Positions 1 through 13,300 of a stretch of DNA of 64,000 bases are shown piece by piece. Position 1 is the first letter of the stretch, and each line of letters begins with the position of its first letter. The translations under genes and the position numbers were made by a program. This DNA is from Antedon mediterranea (lineage: Eukaryota > Animalia > Echinodermata), in contig NC_092671.1 of the NCBI RefSeq assembly GCF_964355755.1, positions 12,710,001 through 12,774,000 on the forward strand, in the 5' to 3' direction. The notes under the pieces are model-generated. The model was not told the DNA's origin. It ran no database searches and saw only the letters and a list, made by a program, of their open reading frames with translations.

Positions 1-3000
1 TATTTCTTATTTTATTAAAAAAATCATGAGTCTCCTCTCCTTAATTGCAAACACAAAAAACGATCTGAGCATGTGCAAATGTATATAAAAGCACTCAGAT
101 AATGTACAGAGGGCAGTATAAAGATATAAGCAGTGAGTTAGGCAGATCATAGGTCAGCTCTCCTTAATTGCCTAAGCCACACAGCTGACTTAGGCAGAAA
201 CACAAAAAATATAGTATATTGATATAAGCAGTGAGTTGGGCAGAAAAAAAAATTATGACTTAGACACTTTTGTTATGAGGCTGTCGATATCACCTATATA
301 CAAAAAATGCTACCTTTAAGTAACAAAATTTAATAGCATCAGCTCTTCAAATTAAAATTAACACTGATGATTTTAGAAAAGGAAAGTAGCAATAAAAGAG
401 AAAGAATTTGTAACAAATGGGTTAAAAAATATACTATAAAAAATGTATTTCTTATTTCATTTAAAAAATCATGAGTCTCCTCTCCTTAATTGCCTAAGTC
501 AAACAGCTGACTTAGGCAGAAACACAAAAAAACGATCTGAGCATGTGCAAATGCATATAAAAGCACTCAGATAATGTACAGAGGGCAGTATAAAGATATA
601 AGCAGTGAGTTAGGCAGATCATAAGTCAGCTCTCCTTAATTGTCTAAGTCACACAGCTGACTTAGGCAGAAACACAAAAAATATAGTATATTGATATAAG
701 CAGTGAGTTAGGCATATCATAAGTCAGCTCTCCTTAATTGCCTAAGTCACACAGCTGACTTGGGCAGAAACACAACAAATATAGTATATTGATATAAAAG
801 GCAATATCGATCATTATGTATTAGAGGTAACTCTCTTTGTAGAAAATTTAGTAAATGCTCAACAGATGTTAAGATTACTTTGTTTAAGTCATACTGTATT
901 AGTATGTATTGTGCGGCCTTATGGTGCGATTTTAATGTAAAAACTATAAAGTCATTACAGGTCTGTTATAATAACGCAATTAAAAAGATTTTAAGACGCT
1001 CAAGGAGCTGTAGTGCTAGTGCTATGTTTGTTGATAACCATGTTCCCTCCTTCTATGAGTACATTCGGAAATCAATTTTTTGTTTCAAAACAAAAACTGA
1101 AAAAAGCTGTAATACTTTAATTACATGTGTTTTTTCTCGTATTCTAAAAGATTCAAAGTTGCATAGAAATGGACAGAACTTTTGTATATTTAATCTCATG
1201 TATACTTTTACGTGTGTTAACTAGTATCAGCATAGCCATAATAATGTGTTGTTTTTGTAAACTTTATGTGTTTCATATGGACAGTTTGTCTGAAATAAAG
1301 TTGAATTGAATTGAATTGATATAAGCAGTGAGGTAGGCAGAAAAAAAAATTATGACTTAGACACTTTTGTTATGAGGCTGTCGATATCATCAATATACAA
1401 ACAATTCTACTTTTAAGTAACAAAATTTAATAGCATCAGCTCTTCAGATTAAAATTAACACTGATGGTTTTAGAAAAGGAAAGTAGCAATAAAAGCGAAA
1501 GAATTTGTAACAAATGGGTTAAAAAATATACTATAAAAATGTATTTCTTATTTTATTTAAAAAATCATGAGTCTCCTCTCCTTAATTGCCTAAGTCACAC
1601 AGCTGACTTAGGCAGAAACACAAAAAAACGATCTGAGCATGTGCAAATGCATATAAAAGCACTCAGATAATGTACAGAGGGCAGTATAAAGATATAAGCA
1701 GTGGGTTAGGCAGAAAAACAAAAATTATGACTTAGATACTTTTGTTATGAGGCTGTCGATATCATCTATATACAAAAATGCTACCTTTAAGTAACAAAAT
1801 TTAATAGCATCAGCTCTTCAGATTAAAATTAACACTGATGATTTTAGAAAAGGAAAGTAGCAATAAAAGAGAAAGAATTTGTAACAAATGGGTTAAAAAA
1901 TATACTATAAAAATGTGTTTTTTATTTCATTTAAAAAATCATGAGTCTCCTCTCCTTAATTGCCTAAGTCACACAGCTGACTTTGGCAGAAACACAAAAA
2001 AAACGATCTGAGCATGTGCAAATGTATATAAAAGCACTCAGATAATGTACAAAGGGCAGTATAAAGATATAAGCAGTGAGTTAGGCAGATCATAAGTCAG
2101 CTCTCCTTAATTGCCTAAGTCACACAGCTGACTTAGGCAGAAACACAAAAAATATAGTATATTGATATAAGCAGTGAGTTAGGCAGATCATAAGTCAGCT
2201 CTCCTTAATTGCCTAAGTCACACAGCTGACTTAGGCAGAAACACAAAAAATATAGTATATTGATATAAGCAGTGAGTTAGGCAGAACAACAAACAAAAAA
2301 TTATGACTTAGGCACTTTTGTTATAAGGCTGTCGATATCATCTATATACAAAAAATGCTACCTTTAAGTAACAAAATTTAATAGCATCAGCTCTTCAGAT
2401 TAAAATTAACACTGATGATTTTAGAAAAGGAAAGTAGCAATAAAAGAGAAAGAATTTGTAACAAATGGGTTAAAAAATATACTATAAAAATGTATTTCTT
2501 ATTTCATTAAAAAAATTATGAGTCTCCTCTCCTTAATTGCCTAAGTCACACAGCTGACTTAGGCAGAAACACAAAAAAACGATCTGAGCATGTGCAAATG
2601 TATATAAAAGCACTCAGATAATGTACAGAGGGCAGTATAAAGATATAAGCAGTGAGTTAGGCAGAAAAAAAAATTACTTAGACACTTTTGTTATGAGGCT
2701 GTCGATATCATCTATATACAAAAAAATGCTATATAGTATATTGATATAAGCAGTGAGTTAGGCAGATCATAAGTCAGCTCTCCTTAATTGCCTAAGTCAC
2801 ACAGCTGACTTAGGCAGAAACACACAAAATATAGTATATTGATATAAGCAGTGAGTTAGTCAGAAAAACAAACAAAAAATTATGACTTAGACACTTCTGT
2901 TATGAGGCTGTCGATATCATCTATATACAAAAAATGCTACCTTTAAGTAACAAAATTTAATAGCATCAGCTCTTCAGAATAAAATTAACACTGATGATTT

Positions 3001-4341
3001 TAGAAAAGGAAAGTAGCAATAAAAGAGAAAGAATTTGTAACAAATGGGTTAAAAAATATACTATAAAAATGTATTTCTTATTTCATTTAAAAAATCATGA
3101 GTCTCCTCTCCTTAATTGCCTAAGTCACGCAGCTGACTTAGGCAGAAACACAAAAAAACGATCTGAGCATTTGCAAATGTATATAAAAGCACTCAGATAA
3201 TGTACAGAGGGCAGTATAAAGATATAAGCAGTGAGTTAGGCAGATCATAAGTCAGCTCTCCTTAATTGCCTAAGTCACACAGCTGACTTAGGCAGAAACA
3301 CAAAAAATAATATAGTATATTGATATAAGCAGTGAGTTATGCAGATCATAAGTCAGCTCTCCTTAATTGCCTAAGTCACACAGCTGACTTAGGCAGAAAC
3401 ACAAAGAATATAGTATATTGATATAAGCAGTGAGTTAGACAGAAAAAAAAATTATGACTTAGACACTTTTGTTATGAGGCTGTCGATATCATCTATATAC
3501 AAAAAAATGCTACCTTTAAGTAACACAATTTAATAGCATCAGCTCTTCAGATTAAAATTAACACTGATGATTTTAGAAAAGGAAAGTAGCAATAAAAGAG
3601 AAAGAATTTGTAACAAATGGGTTAAAAAATATACTATAAAAATGTATTTCTTATTTTATTTAAAAAATCATGAGTCTCCTCTCCTTAATTGCCTAAGTCA
3701 CACAGCTGACTTAGGCAGAAACACAAAAAAAACGATCTGAGCATGTGCAAATGTATATAAAAGCATTCAGATAATGTACAGAGGGCAATATAATGATATA
3801 AGCAGTGAGTTAGGCAGAAAAAAAAATTATGACTTAGACACTTTTGTTATGAGGCTGTCGATATCATCTATTTACAAAAAATGCTATATAGTATATTGAT
3901 ATAAGCAGTGAGTTAGGCAGATCATAAGTCAGCTCTCCTTAATTGCCTAAGTCACACAGCTGACTTAGGCAGATACACAAAAAATATAGTATATTGATAT
4001 AAGCAGTGAGTTAGGCAGATCATAAGTCAGCTCTCCTTAATTGCATAAGTCACACAGCTGACTTAGGCAGAAACACAAAAAATATAGTATATTGATATAA
4101 GCAGTGAGTTAGTCAGAAAAACAAAAACAAAATTATTACTTAGACACCTTTGTTATGAGGCTGTCGATATCATCTATATACAAAAAATGCTACCTTTAAT
4201 TAACAAATTTTAATAGCATCAGCTCTTCAGATTAAAATTAACACTGATGATTTTAGAAAAGGAAAGTAGCAATAAAAGAGAAAGAATTTGTAACAAATGG
4301 GTTAAAAAATATACTATAAAAATGTATTTCTTATTTCATTT
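1..4341. repeat. Satellite array A: irregular mix of ~373-bp and ~99-bp modules, running off the left window edge
   Basis: Motif GA..TTTTAGAAAAGGAAAGTAGC recurs at about 366, 1463, 1836, 2414, 2993, 3566 and 4246. The short module TCATAAGTCAGCTCTCCTTAATTGCC... repeats with a 99-bp period (e.g. 2088 and 2187). Both modules contain the hairpin TGCCTAAGTCA-cacagc-TGACTTAGGCA. Confidence 0.97.
798..1315 (+). mobile_element. 5'-truncated non-LTR retrotransposon (LINE) 3' end inserted in satellite A
   Basis: The frame reads RGNSLCRKFSKCSTDVKITLFKSYCISMYCAALW...YNNAIKKIL, which resembles the post-RT C-terminus of a LINE ORF2. It ends in AATAAAG plus a (TTGAA)3 tail at 1301-1315. Direct repeat TTGATATAA flanks it at 789-797 and 1316-1324. 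Confidence 0.85.
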
Positions 4342-4513
4342 GAGTGAGCGCCTAAAATTGCCTGAAACGTACTCTTATTTCACCGAAAATAAATTTTGAA
4401 AATTTTCGCATAGAGATACCGGACCGACAGACAGACCGACAGACCGACAGACAGACCGACCGACCGACCGACCGACATAGTGAACTATAGAGTCGCGTCC
4501 ACGCGACTAAAAA
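4342..4513 (-). mobile_element. 5' end of a Helentron-associated non-autonomous element (HINE/DINE-1-like)
   Basis: The minus strand reads TTTTT-AGTCGCGT-GG-ACGCGACT (inverted repeat 4491-4508), then a (GTCG/GTCT)n microsatellite (4421-4476), then a core similar to the 1.4-kb element at 23511-23575. T-run, inverted repeat, then tetranucleotide microsatellite is the known HINE 5' layout. Confidence 0.7.
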
Positions 4514-7030
4514 TTCCTGTACTATTTCAGTACAGGGATTTTTTTGAAAAATGCCCAAAATATTGACGTTTTAAAATGCAATTATTATGCGATATGCGCA
4601 TATATTGCTTTGTATCATTTATAGAGCGATAGTAACCAGTTTTGTCGAAAAATAAAAGGGTTAAAATTTGGGCATTTTCTGAAAAAATCCCTGTACTATA
4701 GTACTGGGATTTTTTTGAAAAATTCCCAAAATATCGACTTTTAAAAATGCAATTATTATGCGATAATATGGCTATATATGCGCATATATTGCTTTGTATA
4801 ATTTATAGAGCCATAGTAACCAGTTTTGTCGAAAAATAAAAGGGTTGACATTTTGCTATTTTTTGAAAAAATCCCTGCACTATAGTACAGGGAATTTTTT
4901 TTTTAAATGCTCAAAATATCGACGTTTTAAAATGCATTTATTGTGCGATAATATGGCTATATATGCGCATATATTGCTTTGTATAATTTTTGGAGCCATA
5001 GTAACCAGTTTTGTCGAAAAATAAAAGGGTCGAAATTTTGCTATTTTAGGAAAAATAGTACAAGGATTTTTTCGAAAAATTCCCAAAATATCGACTTTTT
5101 AAAATGCAATTATTATGCGATAATATGGCTATATATGCGCATATATTGCTTTGTATAATTTATAGAGCCATAGTAACCAGTTTTGTCGAAAAATAAAAGG
5201 GTTGAAATTTTGCGATTTTTTGAAAAAATGCCTGTACTATAGTACAGGGAATTTTTTTTTAAAATGCTCAAAATATCGACGTTTTAAAATGCATTTATTG
5301 TGCGATAATATGGCTATAAATGCGCATATATTGCTTTGTATAATTTATGGAGCCATAGTAACCAGTTTTGTCGAAAAATAAAAGGGTCAAAATTTTGCCA
5401 TTTTAGGAAAAATAGTACAAGGATTTTTTTCGAAAAATTCCCAAAATATCGACTTTTTAAAATGCAATTATTATGCGATAATATGGCTATATATGCGCAT
5501 ATATTGCTTTGTATAATTTATAGAGCCATAGTAACCAGTTTTGCCGAAAAATAAAAGGCTCGAAATTTTGCCATTTTTTCGAAAAATTCCCAAAATATCG
5601 GCTTTTTAAAATGCAATTATTATGCGATAATATGGCTATATATGCGCATATATTGCTTTGTATAATTTATAGAGCCATAGTAACCAGTTTTGTCGAAAAA
5701 TAAAAGGCTCGAAATTTTGCCATTTTAGGAAAAAATTCCTGTACTATTATTTAAAAATACCCAAAATATCGACGTTTTAAAATGCATTTATTGTGCGATA
5801 ATATGGCTATATATGCACATATATTGCTTTGTATAATTTATAGAGCCATAGTAACCAGTTTTGTCGAAAAATAAAAGGGTCGAAATTTTGCCATTTTAGG
5901 AAAAAATTCCTGTACTATTATAGTACAAGGATTTTTTCGAAAAATTCTCAAAATATCGACTTTTTAAAATGCAATTATTATGCGATAATATGGCTATATA
6001 TGCGCATATATTGCTTTGTATAATTTATAGAGCCATAGTAACCAGTTTTGTCGAAAAATAAAAGGCTCAAAATTTTGCCATTTTTTCGAAAAATGCCCAA
6101 ATATCGACGTTTTAAAATGCAATGATTATGCGATAATATGGCTATATATGCGCATATATTGCTTTGTATCATTTATAGAGCGATAGTAACCAGTTTTGTC
6201 GAAAAAATAAAAGGCTCAAAATTTTGCCATTTTTTGAAAAAATCCCTGTATAGTACAAGGATTTTTTCAAAAAATTCTCAAAATATCGACTTTTCAAAAT
6301 GCAATTATTATGCGATAATATGGCTATATATGCGCATATATTGCTTTGTATCATTTATAGAGCGATAGTAACCAGTTTTGTCGAAAAATAAAAGGCTCGA
6401 AATTTTGCCATTTTAGGAAAAAAGTCCTGTACTTTAGTACAGGGATTTTTTAGAAAAATTCCCAAAATATCGACGTTTTAAAATGCATTTATTATGCGAT
6501 AATATGGCTATATATGCGCATATATTGCTGTGTATCCTTTATAGAGCCATAGTAACCAGTTTTGTCGAAAAATAAAAGGCTCGAAATTTTGCCCTTTTTT
6601 GAAAAAAGCCCTGTACTATAGTACAGGGATTTTTTAGAAAGATTCCCAAAATATCGACTTTTTAAAATGCAATTATTATGCGATAATATGGCTATATATG
6701 CGCATATATTGCTTTGTATCATTTATAGAGCCATAGTAACCAGTTTTGTCGAAAAATAAAAGGCTCGAAAAAGTTTTTAAAATTCAATTATTATGCGATA
6801 ATATTGCTGTACATGATCATATATTGTTATAATTATATTATAGTACCATAGAAATCAGATATGTTGAAAAATAAAAGGGTTGAAAATTATCAAGTTTTTT
6901 AAATCCAATTATTATGCGATAATATTGCTGTATATGATCATATATTGCCTTATAATCATCTTAGGCCTATAGTACCATAGAAACCAGTCATGTCAAAAAA
7001 GTTAATATTTTGGCCATTTTTGAGAAAAAT
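4514..7030. repeat. Satellite array B, ~150-187-bp monomers, about 13 good copies then degenerating
   Basis: Recurring AATATCGAC...ATGCGATAATATGGCTATATATGCGCATATATTGCTTTG...CAGTTTTGTCGAAAAATAAAAGG. Many monomers carry the palindrome AAAAATCCCTGTACTATAGTACAGGGATTTTT in slightly varying form. Confidence 0.96.
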
Positions 7031-7320
7031 TGACAAATTTCGAGCAATTTATTTTTTAAGATATATAATAAATTTGTCAACATCAATTGGTCATGATACC
7101 ATAAAATAATAACGTGTACATATATTAGCGCATACTAAATGAATTTTGAACAGTGCCTATTTTTATCATGTTTTGAACAAATCCCTGTAAACACAAATGG
7201 TCATCTACACAATTTTACAGATATATATATATGTTTATATTTTAATTTCAGTAAATATATAAATATGTAACATAAATTACCATAATGTATTACTACATTG
7301 CGATTTCATACAAGAACACT

Positions 7321-10300
7321 TCAGGCTTCAATGATAGTGTCTTCTTTCAAACCTAAACAAAAATGACATTTGTTTTTATATAAACATATACAGTAACTAG
7401 AAAGCCACCTCCGCCTACTCTAAAATTTTCCTACATAAGATTTTTTCGGGAAAAAAATATATATAATATATTTGTGTGTGTCTTAATGCTGTTTGTGATT
7501 TAGGCTAATTTCACTACAAGCATGTATATGCGGGTTTGGTGTAATGGTTATGTAACAAGCCTTTCAATTAACAATAGCTTCAGTTGACTAACAATAGAAC
7601 AGCAACGCGAAAATCAAACAAGTGAATTTGAAAAGAAAAATAGGTTTTTTAAACTACTGGCATCAAAAAACCTGTACATTAAATCAAATTATTATACTCT
7701 TGGACAAGTAGTTCTCGAGAAAATGCAATTTCAGTTTACTTGTTACTTTAAGACTGCTCGCCGGCTTTTGGAAAATTCTGTCCTATCTTTTAACACTAGC
7801 AGGTCTGAAAAAAGTATACTAAAAAGTGGTCCAGAATTTGGACCATGGTCCCAAATGGTCCCAAAATTTAATGGAATGGTCATTGACCACATATCTATCT
7901 GTTTATTCATTTTGGTAAAGATCTTGTAATTACTTTTTGAGTAATAATAATTACAGAAATGTTATACGTGCATTCAAGCATTGTAAGACACTACTTACCA
8001 TTAATAATTCCTTTCAGAATACGTGTATCACCAACTTGATCAGCAATTTCACTCACAAAAAAACGAGCCACACCCATTAGCAAGCTCCCGTCATACATAA
8101 ACACATTGACGCTGTTAACGTCACTATATGGAATGTTCAGATACATCTCGAATCCACTGATACCACACCATTTATAAACGTGTATTTCATCGAACTGGCT
8201 AAGAACGACAAGATATGGAGTGCCTGCAAATATACAAACAACAAAAAACTAGTCTAAAATGTCCTATAGCATATTAATAGTTTTTCCCCTTTTGGGTGTT
8301 CCCACATTTATTTATTACACGGCAGTAGAATTAATTAAAATAATAGTCAATTCACCGTCTACACTGAAGCTATCTAGTCCAATAACGCCTTGCCCCTCGA
8401 ACTCGGTTATTTCCGCCCATTGCTCGTCCTCAAAACATACTGTTACGACAGGCATATAGTAATCTGTAGCATCATAATTGTTTCTTTCAGATGCGGACAC
8501 TACGCAAGGCTGACCATTTACCTTTATGCTAACGACATCTACTATGTATTCACCAGAAATCTGATGCTGTAGCTACAAAAACAAAACAAAATCTCAATTA
8601 AAATAAAACAAATCAAAATATGAAGTATGAGCACTTCCTTAACTCGATACATCTAAAAAGGATTGGAAACTTTTCCCAAGTTATTTTAAGCCTGTTTTCC
8701 TGTCGACGTTATTCAACGCTATCGTTAAAAAAAAATCGGCGATCTTCTACGTAAACATTGAAATGAATGATTTACAGGAAAAGGTATCGTTATCATTTCA
8801 ACTTGATCGTTTTCAAACGATCGTCATTGAACTGTTAACGATCAACGCCGATAGTGTCGAAAACGTCGACAGGAAAACAGGCTTAAAAGAGAAGAGGAGA
8901 CCAGTTGAAAAACATCGGTGAATTGCAGAAAACCATGAAAGAGTAAAATAACAATTACAATAGGGAGTTTTCGCAATCTTACGAATACGATAACGGATAC
9001 GTCCAGCACACGTATTCGTTTTTCGTAAGCCAGTAAAAATCTGTTTCGCATATGCAACGAAATATTGAGGGCGCCGTCCAAAATATGACTGCGGTAAATT
9101 TGAGCGAAGCGCAGGTACGTGTTGCTTGGCTGCCTAGGCCTAGCGTAACATCAAAGCGAGTAAGGATTTTAAAAACTGCTATTTATCAAAATTGACCTGG
9201 CATTTTAGTAAATTACTTTAGTAAATTACTTTCAATAAAAGTATAATTACATTATAATCATGAATCATTTCTGATTCAAATGCAAAATGTGCATGCAAAA
9301 TAGATCAAAAACTATATTCGTTTTGTAGTTACGAATATGACTGGTGATATTCGTCAACACGAATACGCTTTACGAATAGGAAATGGGGATCAGCTCAAAA
9401 GTTTCACAAATGTGTGACGTATCCGTTTTCGTTATTTCGTTGCGAAACCTCCCTATTGTTTGCATTTTTTGGTAAAACGTATACATAGGGCTTAATTGCG
9501 TAAAATAAAAAAAATAATTTAATAAATGAAATTAATGCAGATCTATATAAACAAAATATATAATTACCTCAAAATTATTTCCGGACCATTGATAAATATC
9601 AGTTGTTGTAAGACCAGTTTCCAACTCAGAATCGTAATAATTGGCAAACACTAACCAAGGATCATAATCATCATGCTCAATAAAGAGAACAGTGACGGCG
9701 CCTTGCGTTACAAATGACTGTTTTAAAACGAATGATTTATCCCTTCCTCTATATAGATATAATCCTGAATTTACAACACTTGATCCTGTTTCAAAATTAA
9801 AAAAAATATTATGCAAAATTAATGAATTTTTAATTAATAAAAGGGCTTGCAGAATAATATTGTGTAATGACTACATTATGACCAAGCACCCAATGATCTT
9901 TCTTTAGACACTTTATCTGATAGAAGGCGTAATCTATGCTATAAGTTTGCTCTGAATTGTTCAAAAAGTATTCATTTTGGAAAATGGTTTCCAGTGAAGA
10001 ATGTAAGTAACATGAAACTAAGACGTTTAAAGTATCAACAACCCAAATGCAGAGTTGAATTAAAGATATAGAAAAAGTGCAATACCATACCTTATCTCGC
10101 TTCTAAATGAATAATCATTATATATCACGCAGTAGGCCTACAGCTATGTGATTCTTTTATTAATTTTTTTTAAATTTTACTATTTTAAGCTAAACCTTTT
10201 GAATGTTCCTGTATAGTATTTCTTGTGTAAAATGCATCCTTTTTTTATATATAATTATCATTGGTTTTATACTTTTATACAAATTTTAATATTGAGAAAA

Positions 10301-13300
10301 TGTAAATATCTTTGTAATTCAGCTAAGGCTGCGATGATGATAGTGAAATAAGTGAAATGAAATGAAAAAAATTAAAACGGTAAATGTGAAATTTATTCCT
10401 AGGCCTATACACTACATTACCTGTAACTGTGTCTTTCGAGTTTGCAATTGCCAAATATAACCTTCTATTTATGTTGATCATATCGCTGTCAATTGGAGTT
10501 TCCGATGATATTTCAGCTAATATGAGATCCTCTTCAATCAGTATTACACGTGTAACATTATTGTAATCGACTCCTTCTGTGCAATATCCAGATTGGATAC
10601 TTCCAGTCAACACTAAGAAGGTACTCATTTTATCGAGTCTTTTAAATGTAAAGGAAAATAACTTTGCAGTTGAAGATGGAATTAAGCCTTCAGTTACCTG
10701 TTACAAAGATGAATAATTTGTACAGTATCATAGGCAGATTATATGATACAACGCCATATATCTATCGCATTTAATATAAAATATGTACCATGTGATCAAT
10801 ATTTTTTATTAGTACACTGTTTACAGAATGTGCGTATGATACTGGACACTACTAGACAGCTATATTTGAAGATACAGTAGGCCTACAGAAAATCGGGTAT
10901 AAATTACTAAACATTAACGCGAAGTTGAATAAGTACTTGGTTAGAAGGCACTCGTTTATGTTTTACAATCAATGAACAATATATCAAGTGCTTTTATTGT
11001 TATTTCCAACCAGATGGCAAGACTTCGGTTACTTGTGTTTCATTTTTTTAAAAGATAATGAAACACAAGTAAAATACTGTTTTAATTACTAATTAATGTA
11101 GACACAGTATACAGTTTCATATTATAATAAGACCTATCCAATCATTCTAATACCAGTCTGTTAGGCATACTAATTTCTAGTATTGTGTGCATATAGTAAG
11201 AAATGAAGATTATTACCAAAAAGCACGTGTCTTGGTCGTCATCGTACATGTATAGAGCAGATTGTATACATTGTTGAGAATATTGGTTTTCGGTAACGCT
11301 TATCAACAGCGTGTCTTCATACGTCACTGCATAGATTGTAGCAACATCGGTTCGGTTGATAGTCTGGTAGTTCTCAAAGTAGCCGAATCTGACTGCTTGT
11401 GCTTGAATAATAAATTAAGCAATATTTATTCGGGTGGTTCCTTTACAAGGACCATATAGGTTTTGAGAAAATGTGTGGTGTGTATATATAATCGTTTCGT
11501 TCCGTATCTTTATTCGACCAGTGTAAATAAAATCAACAAACCATAACATACAATACAACATATTATTAAAATGCTACCCAGATAATAATGTGACAAATAT
11601 AATATATAACATAACAGATCATCAAATAGTAATTAAACTCACTTTCATCATATGCTTCTTCGAGTAAATGTATTTGGAGACACTGAGTACGTAATGAAGA
11701 ATTTACTTGTATCAGGTCACTTTCAATCCTCTCCATGTTGCTGCCAAAATTGCTCAACATCTCAGACAGATCAACACCAAGTACATAACCCGTAACTGTA
11801 ATATTTCCCGTAAAGGTAAGACCTGAGCTTGTAAAGTACTGTAAACAAATACATATACTAGTTTATCAACGTATTTATTATTATTGTGTTGGATTTAGAG
11901 CTAACGAATAAATGAAGTTTAATGAGTAAATTCTGAGATTTACTTAAGACTTTCTGTGTCGTACCGTATAGCCTGAAATGTTAGTTGGTACATCCTCACG
12001 TACAGCATGTGCAGCGTAGTACACTGGGTTTAAGTAGCTAATGTTTCCGTAGTAGTCCGTATACATATCACCAAGAACATCCACATCAAGCGAAAAGTTT
12101 TTATACCCTCTGACATCTTGGTCACCGTATGTTAGAACTACATCAGTAGACAGGTTAAATGTATTCACCAGACCGTGTACAATCACATCATCTAAAACAA
12201 AAGGAACAACTTATTTTAAACACAAGGCGGCCTACACTGGCAACAACATTTGCAAATTAACTATCCCACTCAAATTATAAAAATTGAGAAAAAGCTGAGA
12301 GCTTGGACATATACTCACCAAATGCTGTGACATTACCGATTGACCACGTTCCTGTTATGGTTTGTGGCGTTGATAACGTCACCCGGTTTGCTACGGTTGA
12401 GTCAAATAGTACAGTATCCACATAATTCGTAACAGTTGTATCGTCGAGAAATGTAACACTTGTAAATGTGTTGAGCGAACCCGTTAACGTTTGCGTAACG
12501 TTCTGAATCACAAAATCGTTTGGCATGGAAAGGTGGTTTATTAAGCCTGAAATGGCGAAAAGCAACAGTTTTTATACAACTAATATTATAATTAAATAAT
12601 ACATTATCTTATCTCATACAACACCTCCATCAACCATCATTCAAGAATTTAAACATTTTACCTGTAACAAAGAGGTCACCGTAAACTATAATATCATGTC
12701 CAAAGATGACGCGTCCGTCAATTAATGCATTTTCAGATTGGAGTAGGAGTAGATCTAAAATCATTTTTAATGTCAAGTTTTCATAGACTATATTTCCTTC
12801 AAAATCACCTTCGATCCATAAATTATCAATTTCAACGTCTCCAGTTACACTTTTATTGCCAGTTATAGTCTAAAAATATATATAAATAGATTGTTATACA
12901 AAATGTCATATCAAGCCATATTCAGACTGCGCGAAAGGTAGGATCTGTAGCTTAAATTTGCAGTTTGCTTTCTTAGTTTTTTTAGTTACTTCACTTTAAA
13001 TTGGTAGTGAATTCTCAGGCTTATACTTGATACCAAAACAAAAAGAAAGCATTACGGTTGATTCTGAATATAAAACAGCATCATCAATTATGAAAGAAAT
13101 GTTTTCTCCGTTGACATGATCATTGAACCAAACGTCATCTTCAATATAAACGAATCCTTCGAATGTAACAGATCCTTCGATGATCACATTTTCGTTGCTC
13201 AATGCGTTGTTGAATAAATCTATAAATATTGAATAGTCTGACACATCACATAGTATAGATTTTGTTATACAGTATTAATACTTAAGTGTGTTGCCGCAGT

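Noticed and set aside
1464-6722. Short recurring ORFs in satellites A and B
   Set aside because: They are translations of tandem monomers, frameshifted between copies, with no domain motifs.
7395-7960. Possible further HINE-like remnant in the last intron of the minus-strand gene
   Set aside because: Only a vague resemblance; I could not define termini, subTIRs or a second copy in the window.
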